A DNA stretch of 64,000 nt. Source: a virus. The stretch spans positions 24,193 to 88,192 of IMG/VR virus record IMGVR_UViG_3300032050_000061; one strand, given 5' to 3'. The notes beneath the pieces were generated by a model. That model made no database searches and was not told the origin of the DNA. It worked only from the letters and a program-made list of their open reading frames with translations. This document shows positions 50,680 to 59,506 of the stretch, piece after piece. The position numbers and the translations under genes were made by a program. Each line of letters begins with the position of its first letter. Within the stretch, counting starts at the first letter, position 1.

Positions 50680-51348
50680 TCACTTCTGAATTAAAAAAGA
50701 ATTTGGAAATATACGAACTCTATTCTCCGAAATTCCCTCTTTTTTTATTAACTCATTCATTGCTTGTAAAACCGATGGGTAAGCATCTATATCATCTCCA
50801 CCCAAATAACCTCCTACCTTTACTCTACTCCACCAATTTTCCATATCCAATTTTACAATTTCATAGTTATGGTCTCCATCTATGTAAACAAATTTTAGTG
50901 ATTCCTCATCATACCATTTCCACATCCACCTACTATCCCCTATTTTGAGATTGATATATTCCTCTACACCACATAACCTATAATGGGCTTTTATTAATTC
51001 ATCAATTGGTATATCTTTCAATTGAGAGGAAAATCGGTATTCGAAAAACGATTTAGGATGGTCACCCCTTCTTACATCCGCATCTATCTGCCAAAGAGAA
51101 TCTATGGTATCAAAGTTTATCTTTTTACCACTTTCTTTTATTAAGGATGCCATAAAGATTGTTGATTGACCAAAGAATGTTCCTATCTCTACAATAGAAT
51201 CACCATCTTCCAATTTATCGATTATGATTTTGTATATATCTTCTGCACAACCTATCCAACCTGGCACATCTTCATAGGTTTTGATTTTACCTATTTCGTA
51301 TTTATCTTTTATTGTATGTAACCTCATAAATTTAAATATAAAAAACAC
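50680..51348 (-). CDS. Class I SAM methyltransferase (Methyltransf_24-like)
   Basis: VEIGTFFGQS, FVYIDGDHNYE and GGYLGGDD. Confidence 0.85.
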   Translation of the reverse strand: MFFIFKFMRLHTIKDKYEIGKIKTYEDVPGWIGCAEDIYKIIIDKLEDGDSIVEIGTFFGQSTIFMASLIKESGKKINFDTIDSLWQIDADVRRGDHPKSFFEYRFSSQLKDIPIDELIKAHYRLCGVEEYINLKIGDSRWMWKWYDEESLKFVYIDGDHNYEIVKLDMENWWSRVKVGGYLGGDDIDAYPSVLQAMNELIKKEGISENRVRIFPNSFLIQK

Positions 51349-51380
51349 AAAAAAAGGGAGAGTATCTCTACTCCCCCCTC
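51349..51380 (-). terminator. Intrinsic terminator after the major capsid gene
   Basis: Minus strand GGGGGAGTA-GAGA-TACTCTCCC followed by a U-tract. Confidence 0.85.
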
Positions 51381-51427
51381 TTTATTTACTCTACGCTATG
51401 TTAGAATTTAGTTACTGAATCCGAAGA

Positions 51428-53026
51428 TTACAAGTTAGCTAAGTCTTTTACATAGATTTTTCCGTAAAATTCTGGACGCACGATCTTCTTAGCGTAACGA
51501 GTCATCACACCTCTACGCGGAGTAAAGTTGTCTGGATCGTACACTAATGGAGTCATAATCAACGGCACATATGGTGCGTAAACTGCTCCTGTCTCCAAGA
51601 AGTTAGAACCTTTGAATCCTAATAAAATTTGATTAGAAGTCATGTATGGGTTCTTATAAACAGTGTATCTGTTAGAGATTGAACCTACTACTGATACTCC
51701 AGCAGCAAATTGCAATGAATCTTTCTCAGCGTTCACGTGGAATCCTGGAATTGATTCTAAAATTGTAGCTACGTCAGGAGAACATACAACGAAGTTTGCT
51801 CCACCTCTCATAGTCAATTGGTGAATCTTATTAGATACTTTGTTTAATTTAATACCCAAAGTCTGGAACCAAGTATTCTTTTGGTATGCATTTGATGCAC
51901 CACCTGTATTTACCCAAGCACCATTTACATACTCTTCACCCACAGTTGTTGACCATTGGTCAGTTGTTAATGCATTTGCTTGTAACATATCTAAAATTTC
52001 TAAATCGATTTCTAATGAAATGTATTCAGATAACATAGAAGTTAATTCAGCTTCAGCATCAATTGAGTGATAAGCATTTAAGTCTTGTGCCAATTCTGGA
52101 GTCCATACTGCTTTCAACTTACGAGTCTTAGCAACGATAGATTCACTCTTTAATTCCAAATCAACTTCTGGAATGTTCAAGTTAGTTCCACCATCTGGTC
52201 CACCTGTGATAGGATTTCTGTCTTCAAAATCACCTCTATCATAAGCAACAGGTTGTTCTTGGAATTTAACTGTTGTTAATGTAGTATCATGTGCTCCTGA
52301 AGCAAATAAAATAATGTTATCTCCAGCATAATCATGCTTTGCGAAAGCAGGATATAATTGATTAACATTAGTATCAGTTACAGAAATTAATTTAACTGCT
52401 TCAACATCAACGTTAGTTAAAGCTGATGCAGCGATAGTGATTTTCTTAAATACGTTAGGAGTAGCAGCAATTGAAGCAGATAAAGAGTTATCAAACCCAA
52501 AATCAGCCCATGATGCAGTAGTAAACGTAGCAGCTACACTTGATGCAGATGAAGTTCCTGGTAAGCTATATCCGTATTGACCTTCGCCATACAAACCACC
52601 AGATGCTGCATCAGTTCTACCGAACTTAGCACCAGTTCCACCATATAAAGAATCAGTAGTAGCTTTACCAGATTTTGCAGTACCATATTTGAAATCCATA
52701 AAGAAAATCAAACCTGAAGGTAAGTTCATTGGTTGAACTGAAACGAATTCTTTCGCTGCAATCTCACCAAAGATTCTTCTTACTAACGGTAAAGCCACAC
52801 CACTCCACTCTTCAGAGCCTGCGTTTGCACTTGTAGCAGTAGCTTCACTTAATAATTGTTGTGCTTGGTTTTCTAAAAGCACTGCCATTGAATGTTGGTC
52901 TCTATCCTTTAAGCCTTCTAACAAACCGGTTTTCTCCCATTTTGTTCTTAGACCTCTTGTTTGCTCCAACATCACGGCCTGAGGATTTTTCGCCTCTAAT
53001 AATGATTTAACATTAAAATTTGCCAT
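51428..53026 (-). CDS. Major capsid protein (gp23-like)
   Basis: LLENQ, VSVQPMNLPSGLIF, KTRKLKAVWTPELAQDL, YAPYVPL and MTRYA. Confidence 0.97.
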   Translation of the reverse strand: MANFNVKSLLEAKNPQAVMLEQTRGLRTKWEKTGLLEGLKDRDQHSMAVLLENQAQQLLSEATATSANAGSEEWSGVALPLVRRIFGEIAAKEFVSVQPMNLPSGLIFFMDFKYGTAKSGKATTDSLYGGTGAKFGRTDAASGGLYGEGQYGYSLPGTSSASSVAATFTTASWADFGFDNSLSASIAATPNVFKKITIAASALTNVDVEAVKLISVTDTNVNQLYPAFAKHDYAGDNIILFASGAHDTTLTTVKFQEQPVAYDRGDFEDRNPITGGPDGGTNLNIPEVDLELKSESIVAKTRKLKAVWTPELAQDLNAYHSIDAEAELTSMLSEYISLEIDLEILDMLQANALTTDQWSTTVGEEYVNGAWVNTGGASNAYQKNTWFQTLGIKLNKVSNKIHQLTMRGGANFVVCSPDVATILESIPGFHVNAEKDSLQFAAGVSVVGSISNRYTVYKNPYMTSNQILLGFKGSNFLETGAVYAPYVPLIMTPLVYDPDNFTPRRGVMTRYAKKIVRPEFYGKIYVKDLANL

Positions 53027-53063
53027 TTTGTTTTTTATTTTTTAATTAATTTTTAATTACCAA

Positions 53064-54125
53064 TTATTTGATAATACCAGCTAATTTTTTAAATCTGTCT
53101 GCTGCAGAATTATCTTCAGCGATAATTTGTTTTGCAGGTGCAGTAGATTGTGCTGGCTTTGATGCGTAACTTTCAGTAAGTTTAGTTGTAGTTTTTCTAG
53201 TTGCAGTTGAACCAATTTTAAATGATTCTGCAATTGTAGTGTAAACTAATTTCACTTCTCTTACATTCTTTGTTCTGTCTAAAGTTTCAACAACCTTAGT
53301 CTTTTGTTCGTTTGTTAAGTTATATCCTCTGAACAATTTGTTCACATATAATAACTTAGCGTTTAGAAGATTTACTTCGTTGATAGTTTTCTTCAAAGAA
53401 GAGATTACTTTGTACGCTTCACCTAATTCAGCTTCTTTTGCAGCTAATTCAGCAGAATGGTCTTCACCATCTTCTTCTTCAGTTACAGGAGCTTCCTCTT
53501 CAGCTTCATCTCCGTATCCCATTTCTCTTAAGATTTCATCTAAATCGATTTCCTCTTCTTCTTCAACTGGTGCTTCTACTTCAGCTTCTTCTGCTGCCGC
53601 TGGAGCCTCTTCTTCGTGCTCTTCTTCAGCAACAGGAGCTTCTTCATCAGCTTCTGCTTCCAATTCTTTGATGATTTCTTCGATGTCTAATTCATCTTCA
53701 TCACCTTCTTCTTCGTTCATTGCTGAACCAGGAGTTGCCCCTGTTACGTCTTCTTCTTCTTCTTCACCTTCGGTGATACCTGCTACCTTTTCAGCGTTTT
53801 CATCTTCTGAACCAACTTCTGCAGAAATTTTATCAACATCTGCTGCCGATAAATCATCTGTTTGTGCTGCTGAAGTGAAAACCGCTGCTGCTGGCATTTT
53901 AGTACCATCGCCTGTTCCGATTTCTGAAGATACTGCGTTCTCTTGAGTCATTTCTTCTTCTTCTTTCTCTTCTTCGCCTTCTAATTCTTCTTGTAATTTT
54001 CTAGAAAGCATAGATTGAAGTTTAGGAGTGAATGCTTCTTCAAGAGCGATTTTTGCATTAGCTAAAGCAGTTTCTCTAACGGCCTTTGCGTCTGCAATTG
54101 CTTCTTTTAACAATTTGCTATTCAT
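53064..54125 (-). CDS. Prohead scaffold/core protein (gp22-like)
   Basis: Highly acidic centre and coiled coils; ends RFKKLAGI; directly upstream of the capsid gene. Confidence 0.85.
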   Translation of the reverse strand: MNSKLLKEAIADAKAVRETALANAKIALEEAFTPKLQSMLSRKLQEELEGEEEKEEEEMTQENAVSSEIGTGDGTKMPAAAVFTSAAQTDDLSAADVDKISAEVGSEDENAEKVAGITEGEEEEEDVTGATPGSAMNEEEGDEDELDIEEIIKELEAEADEEAPVAEEEHEEEAPAAAEEAEVEAPVEEEEEIDLDEILREMGYGDEAEEEAPVTEEEDGEDHSAELAAKEAELGEAYKVISSLKKTINEVNLLNAKLLYVNKLFRGYNLTNEQKTKVVETLDRTKNVREVKLVYTTIAESFKIGSTATRKTTTKLTESYASKPAQSTAPAKQIIAEDNSAADRFKKLAGIIK

Positions 54126-54233
54126 CTTAAATTTGTGAATTTGCTTGGACTAATGAAAGTGTGTCCAAATGATATTACTTGATTATAGGGTGACCTCATA
54201 TAAAAAAGTGATGAGGTATTCGAATCAATTATA
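54126..54233 (-). ncRNA. Candidate structured 5' leader of the scaffold-capsid operon
   Basis: Nested stems TTGATT/AATCAA and ACCTCAT/ATGAGGT, then TTGGAC/GTCCAA. Confidence 0.4.
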
Positions 54234-54242
54234 TATAAATAT
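54234..54242 (-). promoter_or_regulatory. Putative late promoter motif ATATTTATA (representative copy)
   Basis: The same 9-mer recurs upstream of about 15 mostly structural genes. Confidence 0.65.
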
Positions 54243-54271
54243 AATAAAACTTTGGAAAAAACAAATTTAAA

Positions 54272-54490
54272 TTAAAAATTATTTAAATATTTATTTTTTT
54301 TAATTGCTTTTTCTTTTTCCAATCTTTTTCGAACTGAGGGTTTTAAGTATTCTGCCCTATCTCTTAATTCTTTTACTATCCCTAATTTAAAGGATTTATT
54401 TTTGAAAAGTTTTAATGCTCTTTCAAAATTTTTTTGTTGTTCATCTGAACTAGAACCTCTTGCTATTTTAATTTCAATTCTTACTGGCAT
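54272..54490 (-). CDS. rpsU: Phage-encoded ribosomal protein bS21
   Basis: FERALKLFK...GIVKELRDRAEYLKPSVRKR matches the bS21 signature. Confidence 0.88.
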   Translation of the reverse strand: MPVRIEIKIARGSSSDEQQKNFERALKLFKNKSFKLGIVKELRDRAEYLKPSVRKRLEKEKAIKKNKYLNNF

Positions 54491-54491
54491 A

Positions 54492-55091
54492 CTAACCCAA
54501 CTCTTCTATTATTTCTCTTATTAAATGTTGAGACTTACACCATTCGCCACAAACATCAGTTCCTATTCCTTCATTTAGTTGAACTTTAACTGATTCGTTT
54601 AGTGATTCCATAAATGCACCTTGTGTAGATGGGTTGGATACAAAATCCCATCCTATTAATTCAAAATCTTCTCCAACTTTTACTTTGTTTCCTCCCATAG
54701 ATTCTACTGAACCCATTCCTCTTGATGATATACCTAAACGAATACCCGCTCTTAAAAGTTCTTTAAGGATGTTTCCAGATGGGGTTGGTAGTATTTCTAC
54801 TACACCTACTACATCATCACCATTCCAAGAACACTCTCTAATGTTATGTGATACATTTTTAAGAGATACAACTGAGGATTCAGGATGGTCTAATTCCCCT
54901 AACGCTCTTTTTTCAGTAATTAATTGTTGGTATTTCTTTACTTCTCTTTCCAATATTTCTTTTGGATACACTCTACCATTTTGGTTCTGAGCATCGGCTC
55001 TTTGTAATACACCTTTAACCAAAACTACTCCATTTTCGTCTTCGTTAATCTTTCCCTCAAATAAGTGTGTTTCTATTAAAAGTGATTTCAT
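54492..55091 (-). CDS. Prohead protease (gp21-like)
   Basis: NQNGRVYP, GELDHP, GISSRGMGS and DFVSNPST. Confidence 0.95.
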   Translation of the reverse strand: MKSLLIETHLFEGKINEDENGVVLVKGVLQRADAQNQNGRVYPKEILEREVKKYQQLITEKRALGELDHPESSVVSLKNVSHNIRECSWNGDDVVGVVEILPTPSGNILKELLRAGIRLGISSRGMGSVESMGGNKVKVGEDFELIGWDFVSNPSTQGAFMESLNESVKVQLNEGIGTDVCGEWCKSQHLIREIIEELG

Positions 55092-55101
55092 TCGTTTTGA
55101 T

Positions 55102-55902
55102 TTATTTTAATAATCCAATTGCCATATCCTTAACTTCTCTTTCTGCTCCGGCTGCATATTTCTTATTACAAATTGCAATCGTATTTCCAGGTACAGGAAT
55201 CATATACATCGGAATCATTTCGGTTACGAAAGTATATTTAATACCAGCTTTTTTTAATTCAGCTCCAACTCCCATAAATGAAGATGCTGCGGTTGCCGCT
55301 GCTTCAACTTTATCTAAATCTGCATCATATTTTCCTTCTGCAATTGTTCCTTCGTTTGGATATGCTTTATCAACTGCATTAAAGAATTCTTTCTTTTTTT
55401 CATCTGAATCTAATTCAGCAGGTGAATTGATTCCAAATTTATCCATCACACCTTTGAAAACCTTTTGGTATTGAGTCATTTCTTCCTCAGTCATTTCCAT
55501 TTTGGTTCTCAATTTATTTACAGATGCCGCCAAATTCATTTTATCTAATCCGATTGCATCAATAACTCTAGCTATAATTTGTAATTTTTGTTGGTTGTTC
55601 ATCTTAACACCTTGCATCTTATCAGTTGCCTGGTCTAATTTTGATGCTACCGATGTTGGAATGTTAGCAGTATTCACATCAGATGCTGCTTCTTTATGAA
55701 TTTCTTTTAATCTTTCAGATACCCCACTCCACGCTTTTTCAACTTTATTAAAAAAGTCTTTCTTTTCATCATCGGATTTGAAATCAGCGGGTGAATCTAC
55801 ACCATGCTTTTTAAGCATTGACTGGAAAAAGGATTGATAATCTTTTTCTTCTTGAAGAACTTCACCAACTAATGCTTTTAATTGTTCCTTAGTTATTTTC
55901 AT
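55102..55902 (-). CDS. Putative internal head protein with a duplicated module
   Basis: Two copies of YQxxF..(M)xKxGxxSPAxxxSDxxKKxFFNxVxKA(W/Y). Confidence 0.65.
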   Translation of the reverse strand: MKITKEQLKALVGEVLQEEKDYQSFFQSMLKKHGVDSPADFKSDDEKKDFFNKVEKAWSGVSERLKEIHKEAASDVNTANIPTSVASKLDQATDKMQGVKMNNQQKLQIIARVIDAIGLDKMNLAASVNKLRTKMEMTEEEMTQYQKVFKGVMDKFGINSPAELDSDEKKKEFFNAVDKAYPNEGTIAEGKYDADLDKVEAAATAASSFMGVGAELKKAGIKYTFVTEMIPMYMIPVPGNTIAICNKKYAAGAEREVKDMAIGLLK

Positions 55903-55907
55903 ACAAA

Positions 55908-56360
55908 TTACTTTTTAAGATAGGTCACATTTTTACCAATTTTCGATAACCTCTCTCTTATTCTATAAATATGGTGATTAGTTCTTTTCCAAAAATTTTC
56001 ACCTTTCATAGCATTTTCTTTTTTAATCTTACCATACCATTCTAAAAATTTTTCAATTTCGTCCAATTTTCGGCGAGTTTCTCTAATACCTAATCCTATT
56101 TTTTGGTTAGGTGTAAGAGTATTATCTAATCTTAATTTATGGAATCGATTTTCAGTAAGAGATGAATAACCAGTCAATGCGGCCATTCTTTTTACATAAT
56201 CAGATGTATGTTTGCCATCTTTAGCAAATGCACGAGGAGTATCATATCCCGCAACATCACCTGTCGTTGTTACTTCTTTTTTTAACTCTTCCTCTTCTTC
56301 TTTTAATTCGGAAAGTATTTCTTTAATCTTATTTTTTAACGCTTCTAGCTGATTTGACAT
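55908..56360 (-). CDS. Hypothetical head-module protein
   Basis: TTGDVAGYDTPRAF motif; between portal and protease genes. Confidence 0.75.
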   Translation of the reverse strand: MSNQLEALKNKIKEILSELKEEEEELKKEVTTTGDVAGYDTPRAFAKDGKHTSDYVKRMAALTGYSSLTENRFHKLRLDNTLTPNQKIGLGIRETRRKLDEIEKFLEWYGKIKKENAMKGENFWKRTNHHIYRIRERLSKIGKNVTYLKK

Positions 56361-57207
56361 TTCTAATTTCCTTTAGTAATTCGTATGTAAGCATTAAAAC
56401 TGAAACTTGTTTCTCACTATTTTCTTTCAAAAAGTTATCAGATTTAAATAACTTAACCATTTCCGTTATTTTAATTTTAGTTACTTTATCGGTAATGTCT
56501 TTGGATTCCGAAATCAAAGAAGTTAATACCTTCTTTGCCTCTTCACTAATAAATTTGGAGAATGTGGAAGTATTAGAAACATTATTAATAAATTCTCTTA
56601 AAAGACCTTTTTGAGAATCATCTAAATTTGAATATTTTGAGTTGAAATTTTCAATTAATAACTTATAAGTTAGTAATCTTAAATCTTCGGATTGTTTTTT
56701 AAACTCTTCGTATAACTTATCCTGAGGTTTGTTTGAAAGTTTTTTAGTAGTAATGTGCTCTAAAATAGTATTGTTAGAATCGATAAAATCTCTAATTTCT
56801 ACTTTTCTACCGTGTATTTTACTTTCAAATATTTTGTAAATGGAAGCCAATAACTTATAGTTTTGTAAATTAGATGAAAGGAACTTTTCTAACTCATAAG
56901 ATTCCTTAATCGTTCTAATAAGATTATACTTCTCCTTTGCAAGTTTTGATTCATCTAATTTCTTTCTCTCTTCTACCACTTCTGATAAAAAGAGTTTAGC
57001 ATCATCTGAATTAGAGAATTTCTCTTTTGTTATCCAATTATATAATTTTAATTCTTTTGCTAACTCTCTTTTGGAATTAAAGAATTCTTTAATAATTTTT
57101 TCCGACAGGTTTTTATTTGTGTTGGATAACACCTCTTGTGTGATTTGTTTTACCAACAATTCAAATAAAATAGCTGTATTTTTAAACTTTGAGTGTTTAA
57201 CTTTCAT
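56329..57207 (-). CDS. Hypothetical head-module protein
   Basis: KHSKFKNTAILFELL start; immediately after the portal gene. Confidence 0.8.
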   Translation of the reverse strand: MKVKHSKFKNTAILFELLVKQITQEVLSNTNKNLSEKIIKEFFNSKRELAKELKLYNWITKEKFSNSDDAKLFLSEVVEERKKLDESKLAKEKYNLIRTIKESYELEKFLSSNLQNYKLLASIYKIFESKIHGRKVEIRDFIDSNNTILEHITTKKLSNKPQDKLYEEFKKQSEDLRLLTYKLLIENFNSKYSNLDDSQKGLLREFINNVSNTSTFSKFISEEAKKVLTSLISESKDITDKVTKIKITEMVKLFKSDNFLKENSEKQVSVLMLTYELLKEIRNVKSARSVKK

Positions 57208-57285
57208 TACAAACGTCTGTTTTACAATTATATATGTAAATATTTACATAATATAAATATCAAATAACTTAGGATTACTTAAAAT

Positions 57286-59193
57286 TTATATGTCTGTCAA
57301 TATATTTTTATCATCTAATAAAGAACCGCTATCATCATTTGATATATCGGTATCCTCATTAATCATCTTTTTACTATTATTTTTATCGTAACGTGATTGT
57401 ATTTTTTTCCTAATTGTATCTTTTATAAACTTTTCCTTTTCAGATACATTTTTTAGTTTAGATACCAATCTTTCTTTTCGTGTTTCTCTTCCGAAGTTTC
57501 TCGTAATGTCATCTTTACCCAATGGGTCTCTACCAAATGCATTATCATCAGTTCCTCTATCTCCAGCCTCTGCCGGTCTTCCACCTTTTTTACCATTCTC
57601 CGCACTTGTTTCAGCCTTATCCTTTATTACGGGTTCTCCCTCCTGCACCGGTTGTTCTTCTTGTTGAGGTTCTTCTTGTGGTTGTCCCGGTTGAGGTTGT
57701 TGTGGTTGAGCCTGTTCCTCTTCGTATGGATCAACTCCCTCATTTTCTATTTTGTTTAATCTATTCAAATCAAATGTATCAGTTACAACATCTTCTTTGT
57801 TTAAATCAATTTCTTCATCAGATAATTTGAATATGTTTTTATAAATCCAATCGTTAGAAATCATTTTTAAGGCCTTCATATCAGTTGCCAATCTAACTTT
57901 CTCCGTCCATAAGTTTATTTTCTCTTGCTCATAGATTGTAGATGGATTAGTTAATTCTAATTGGAAATCAACTACATCTCCCCCTTCAAATCCATTTGCA
58001 ATAAGGTGAGCAATTGCAACTTGTGTTAATTCCGATACTACAACTCTTTGAATTCTCTCAATCGTTCTAGCAAATCGTATATCCTCCGCCGCCAAAGTTG
58101 CTTTACCATTTATATCCTCTTCATATCCTAAGAACGCCTTTGGAACTTTTAAGGCTGCAAATAATTTTGCTTTTAAGTAATCTATATCTTCTATCGCAGA
58201 ATAATTTAGACCATTAAGGGTATCAATTTGAGTTCCACTATCTCCACCTCTCACCGGCATAAAAAAATCTTCGGTGATGTTCATCATATTATATTTAAGA
58301 TTATAATCCCCCGTCTTCTGATCTTGGAATGGGGTTTTCTTAATCTTATTTATAATTTTTTGCATATAGTTATCTACCTCTTGCGGTGGTATATTACCTA
58401 TATCGATTTTGAATATTCTTTTTTCAGGTGCTCTCATAATACGATGTATCATCATCGCATCTTCCATTAGGGTAATTTGTTTCCACAATCTTCTTGCATT
58501 CTCAATCATAGATTTACCATAAGGTAAATAATTGGTATCGGAATACAAACGGAAATGAGCCATCTCATAGTTATCGTATTCCTTTTTACCTAAATAATCA
58601 GGATCGACTGTGAATTTAATACCCGCTTCATGTCTATTGATTCTAGATGGATCGTGTGGATTTTCGGTTCTCTGTGTATGATATACCGATTGTGGGAATA
58701 CATTAACAACTCCCTCTCCCTCTACTATTTCCAAAGTTAAAAATTGGTCACCGTATTTTGCTAAGTTTCTAACCCACGGCCATAGATTAAATTCTATGTT
58801 CATTATATCATAGAATAGATTATGTAAAACTTCCTTAACATTTTGGTTTGAAGTTTTAATAGTCAATACATCTCCAAATTCATTTTTAGTTGTTGATTCA
58901 TCGGCGTATATATCTAATGCCGATGCTATAATCGGGTCTTGATCCATTGCATCGTAATCCAAAAACAACTCTCTTCTGATTGTTTGGTATGAGAGTTGAG
59001 ATTGTAATGCATTGTATTGGTAGCCAGTTTGTAGTTTATAGAATCTATCCTTAACCGTTTTTAGATTCGATAAAGCCTGACTATTTTCAGTATCAACAAC
59101 TTTCGTTTTTCCATCTTCTCTTCTAACAATAACATTAGTAGAGAACAATTTTCTCATTCTTTCGAAAAACGAATTATTATTTTTTTCTGCCAT
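57286..59193 (-). CDS. Portal protein (gp20-like)
   Basis: LMEDAMMIHRIMRAPEKRIFKIDIGN, EDFFMPVRG and LFAALKVPK. Confidence 0.95.
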   Translation of the reverse strand: MAEKNNNSFFERMRKLFSTNVIVRREDGKTKVVDTENSQALSNLKTVKDRFYKLQTGYQYNALQSQLSYQTIRRELFLDYDAMDQDPIIASALDIYADESTTKNEFGDVLTIKTSNQNVKEVLHNLFYDIMNIEFNLWPWVRNLAKYGDQFLTLEIVEGEGVVNVFPQSVYHTQRTENPHDPSRINRHEAGIKFTVDPDYLGKKEYDNYEMAHFRLYSDTNYLPYGKSMIENARRLWKQITLMEDAMMIHRIMRAPEKRIFKIDIGNIPPQEVDNYMQKIINKIKKTPFQDQKTGDYNLKYNMMNITEDFFMPVRGGDSGTQIDTLNGLNYSAIEDIDYLKAKLFAALKVPKAFLGYEEDINGKATLAAEDIRFARTIERIQRVVVSELTQVAIAHLIANGFEGGDVVDFQLELTNPSTIYEQEKINLWTEKVRLATDMKALKMISNDWIYKNIFKLSDEEIDLNKEDVVTDTFDLNRLNKIENEGVDPYEEEQAQPQQPQPGQPQEEPQQEEQPVQEGEPVIKDKAETSAENGKKGGRPAEAGDRGTDDNAFGRDPLGKDDITRNFGRETRKERLVSKLKNVSEKEKFIKDTIRKKIQSRYDKNNSKKMINEDTDISNDDSGSLLDDKNILTDI

Positions 59194-59194
59194 T

Positions 59195-59467
59195 TTATTT
59201 GTTTTCTATAATTCTGATAATCAAATTACCATTTCCTTTAATTACTCTATGAAACTTATGATTTTTTATTTCAATTTGTTTCCCTTCTATCAAATCAATT
59301 GGTAATTCATTATCTAATTGAATTTTCCAATTTTTTCCTCCTAAAACTAAAAGGGTTCTATCCCACTCATCCTGATGCCACAATAACTCCCTTTCATCTA
59401 TATCTCCTTTAAATAACCTATATCTTTTGTTTTCGTTTATGAATACATCTATATACTTTTCCTCCAT
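59195..59467 (-). CDS. Small cupin-like protein
   Basis: WHQD...FHRVIKG beta-barrel pattern. Confidence 0.6.
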   Translation of the reverse strand: MEEKYIDVFINENKRYRLFKGDIDERELLWHQDEWDRTLLVLGGKNWKIQLDNELPIDLIEGKQIEIKNHKFHRVIKGNGNLIIRIIENK

Positions 59468-59469
59468 AT

Positions 59470-59500
59470 CAAATCTATGAATAATTATTCAAATTTCCAA
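59470..59500 (-). promoter_or_regulatory. Bacteroidota-type promoter
   Basis: TTGG-N19-TAGATTTG. Confidence 0.6.
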
Positions 59501-59506
59501 CTATTC

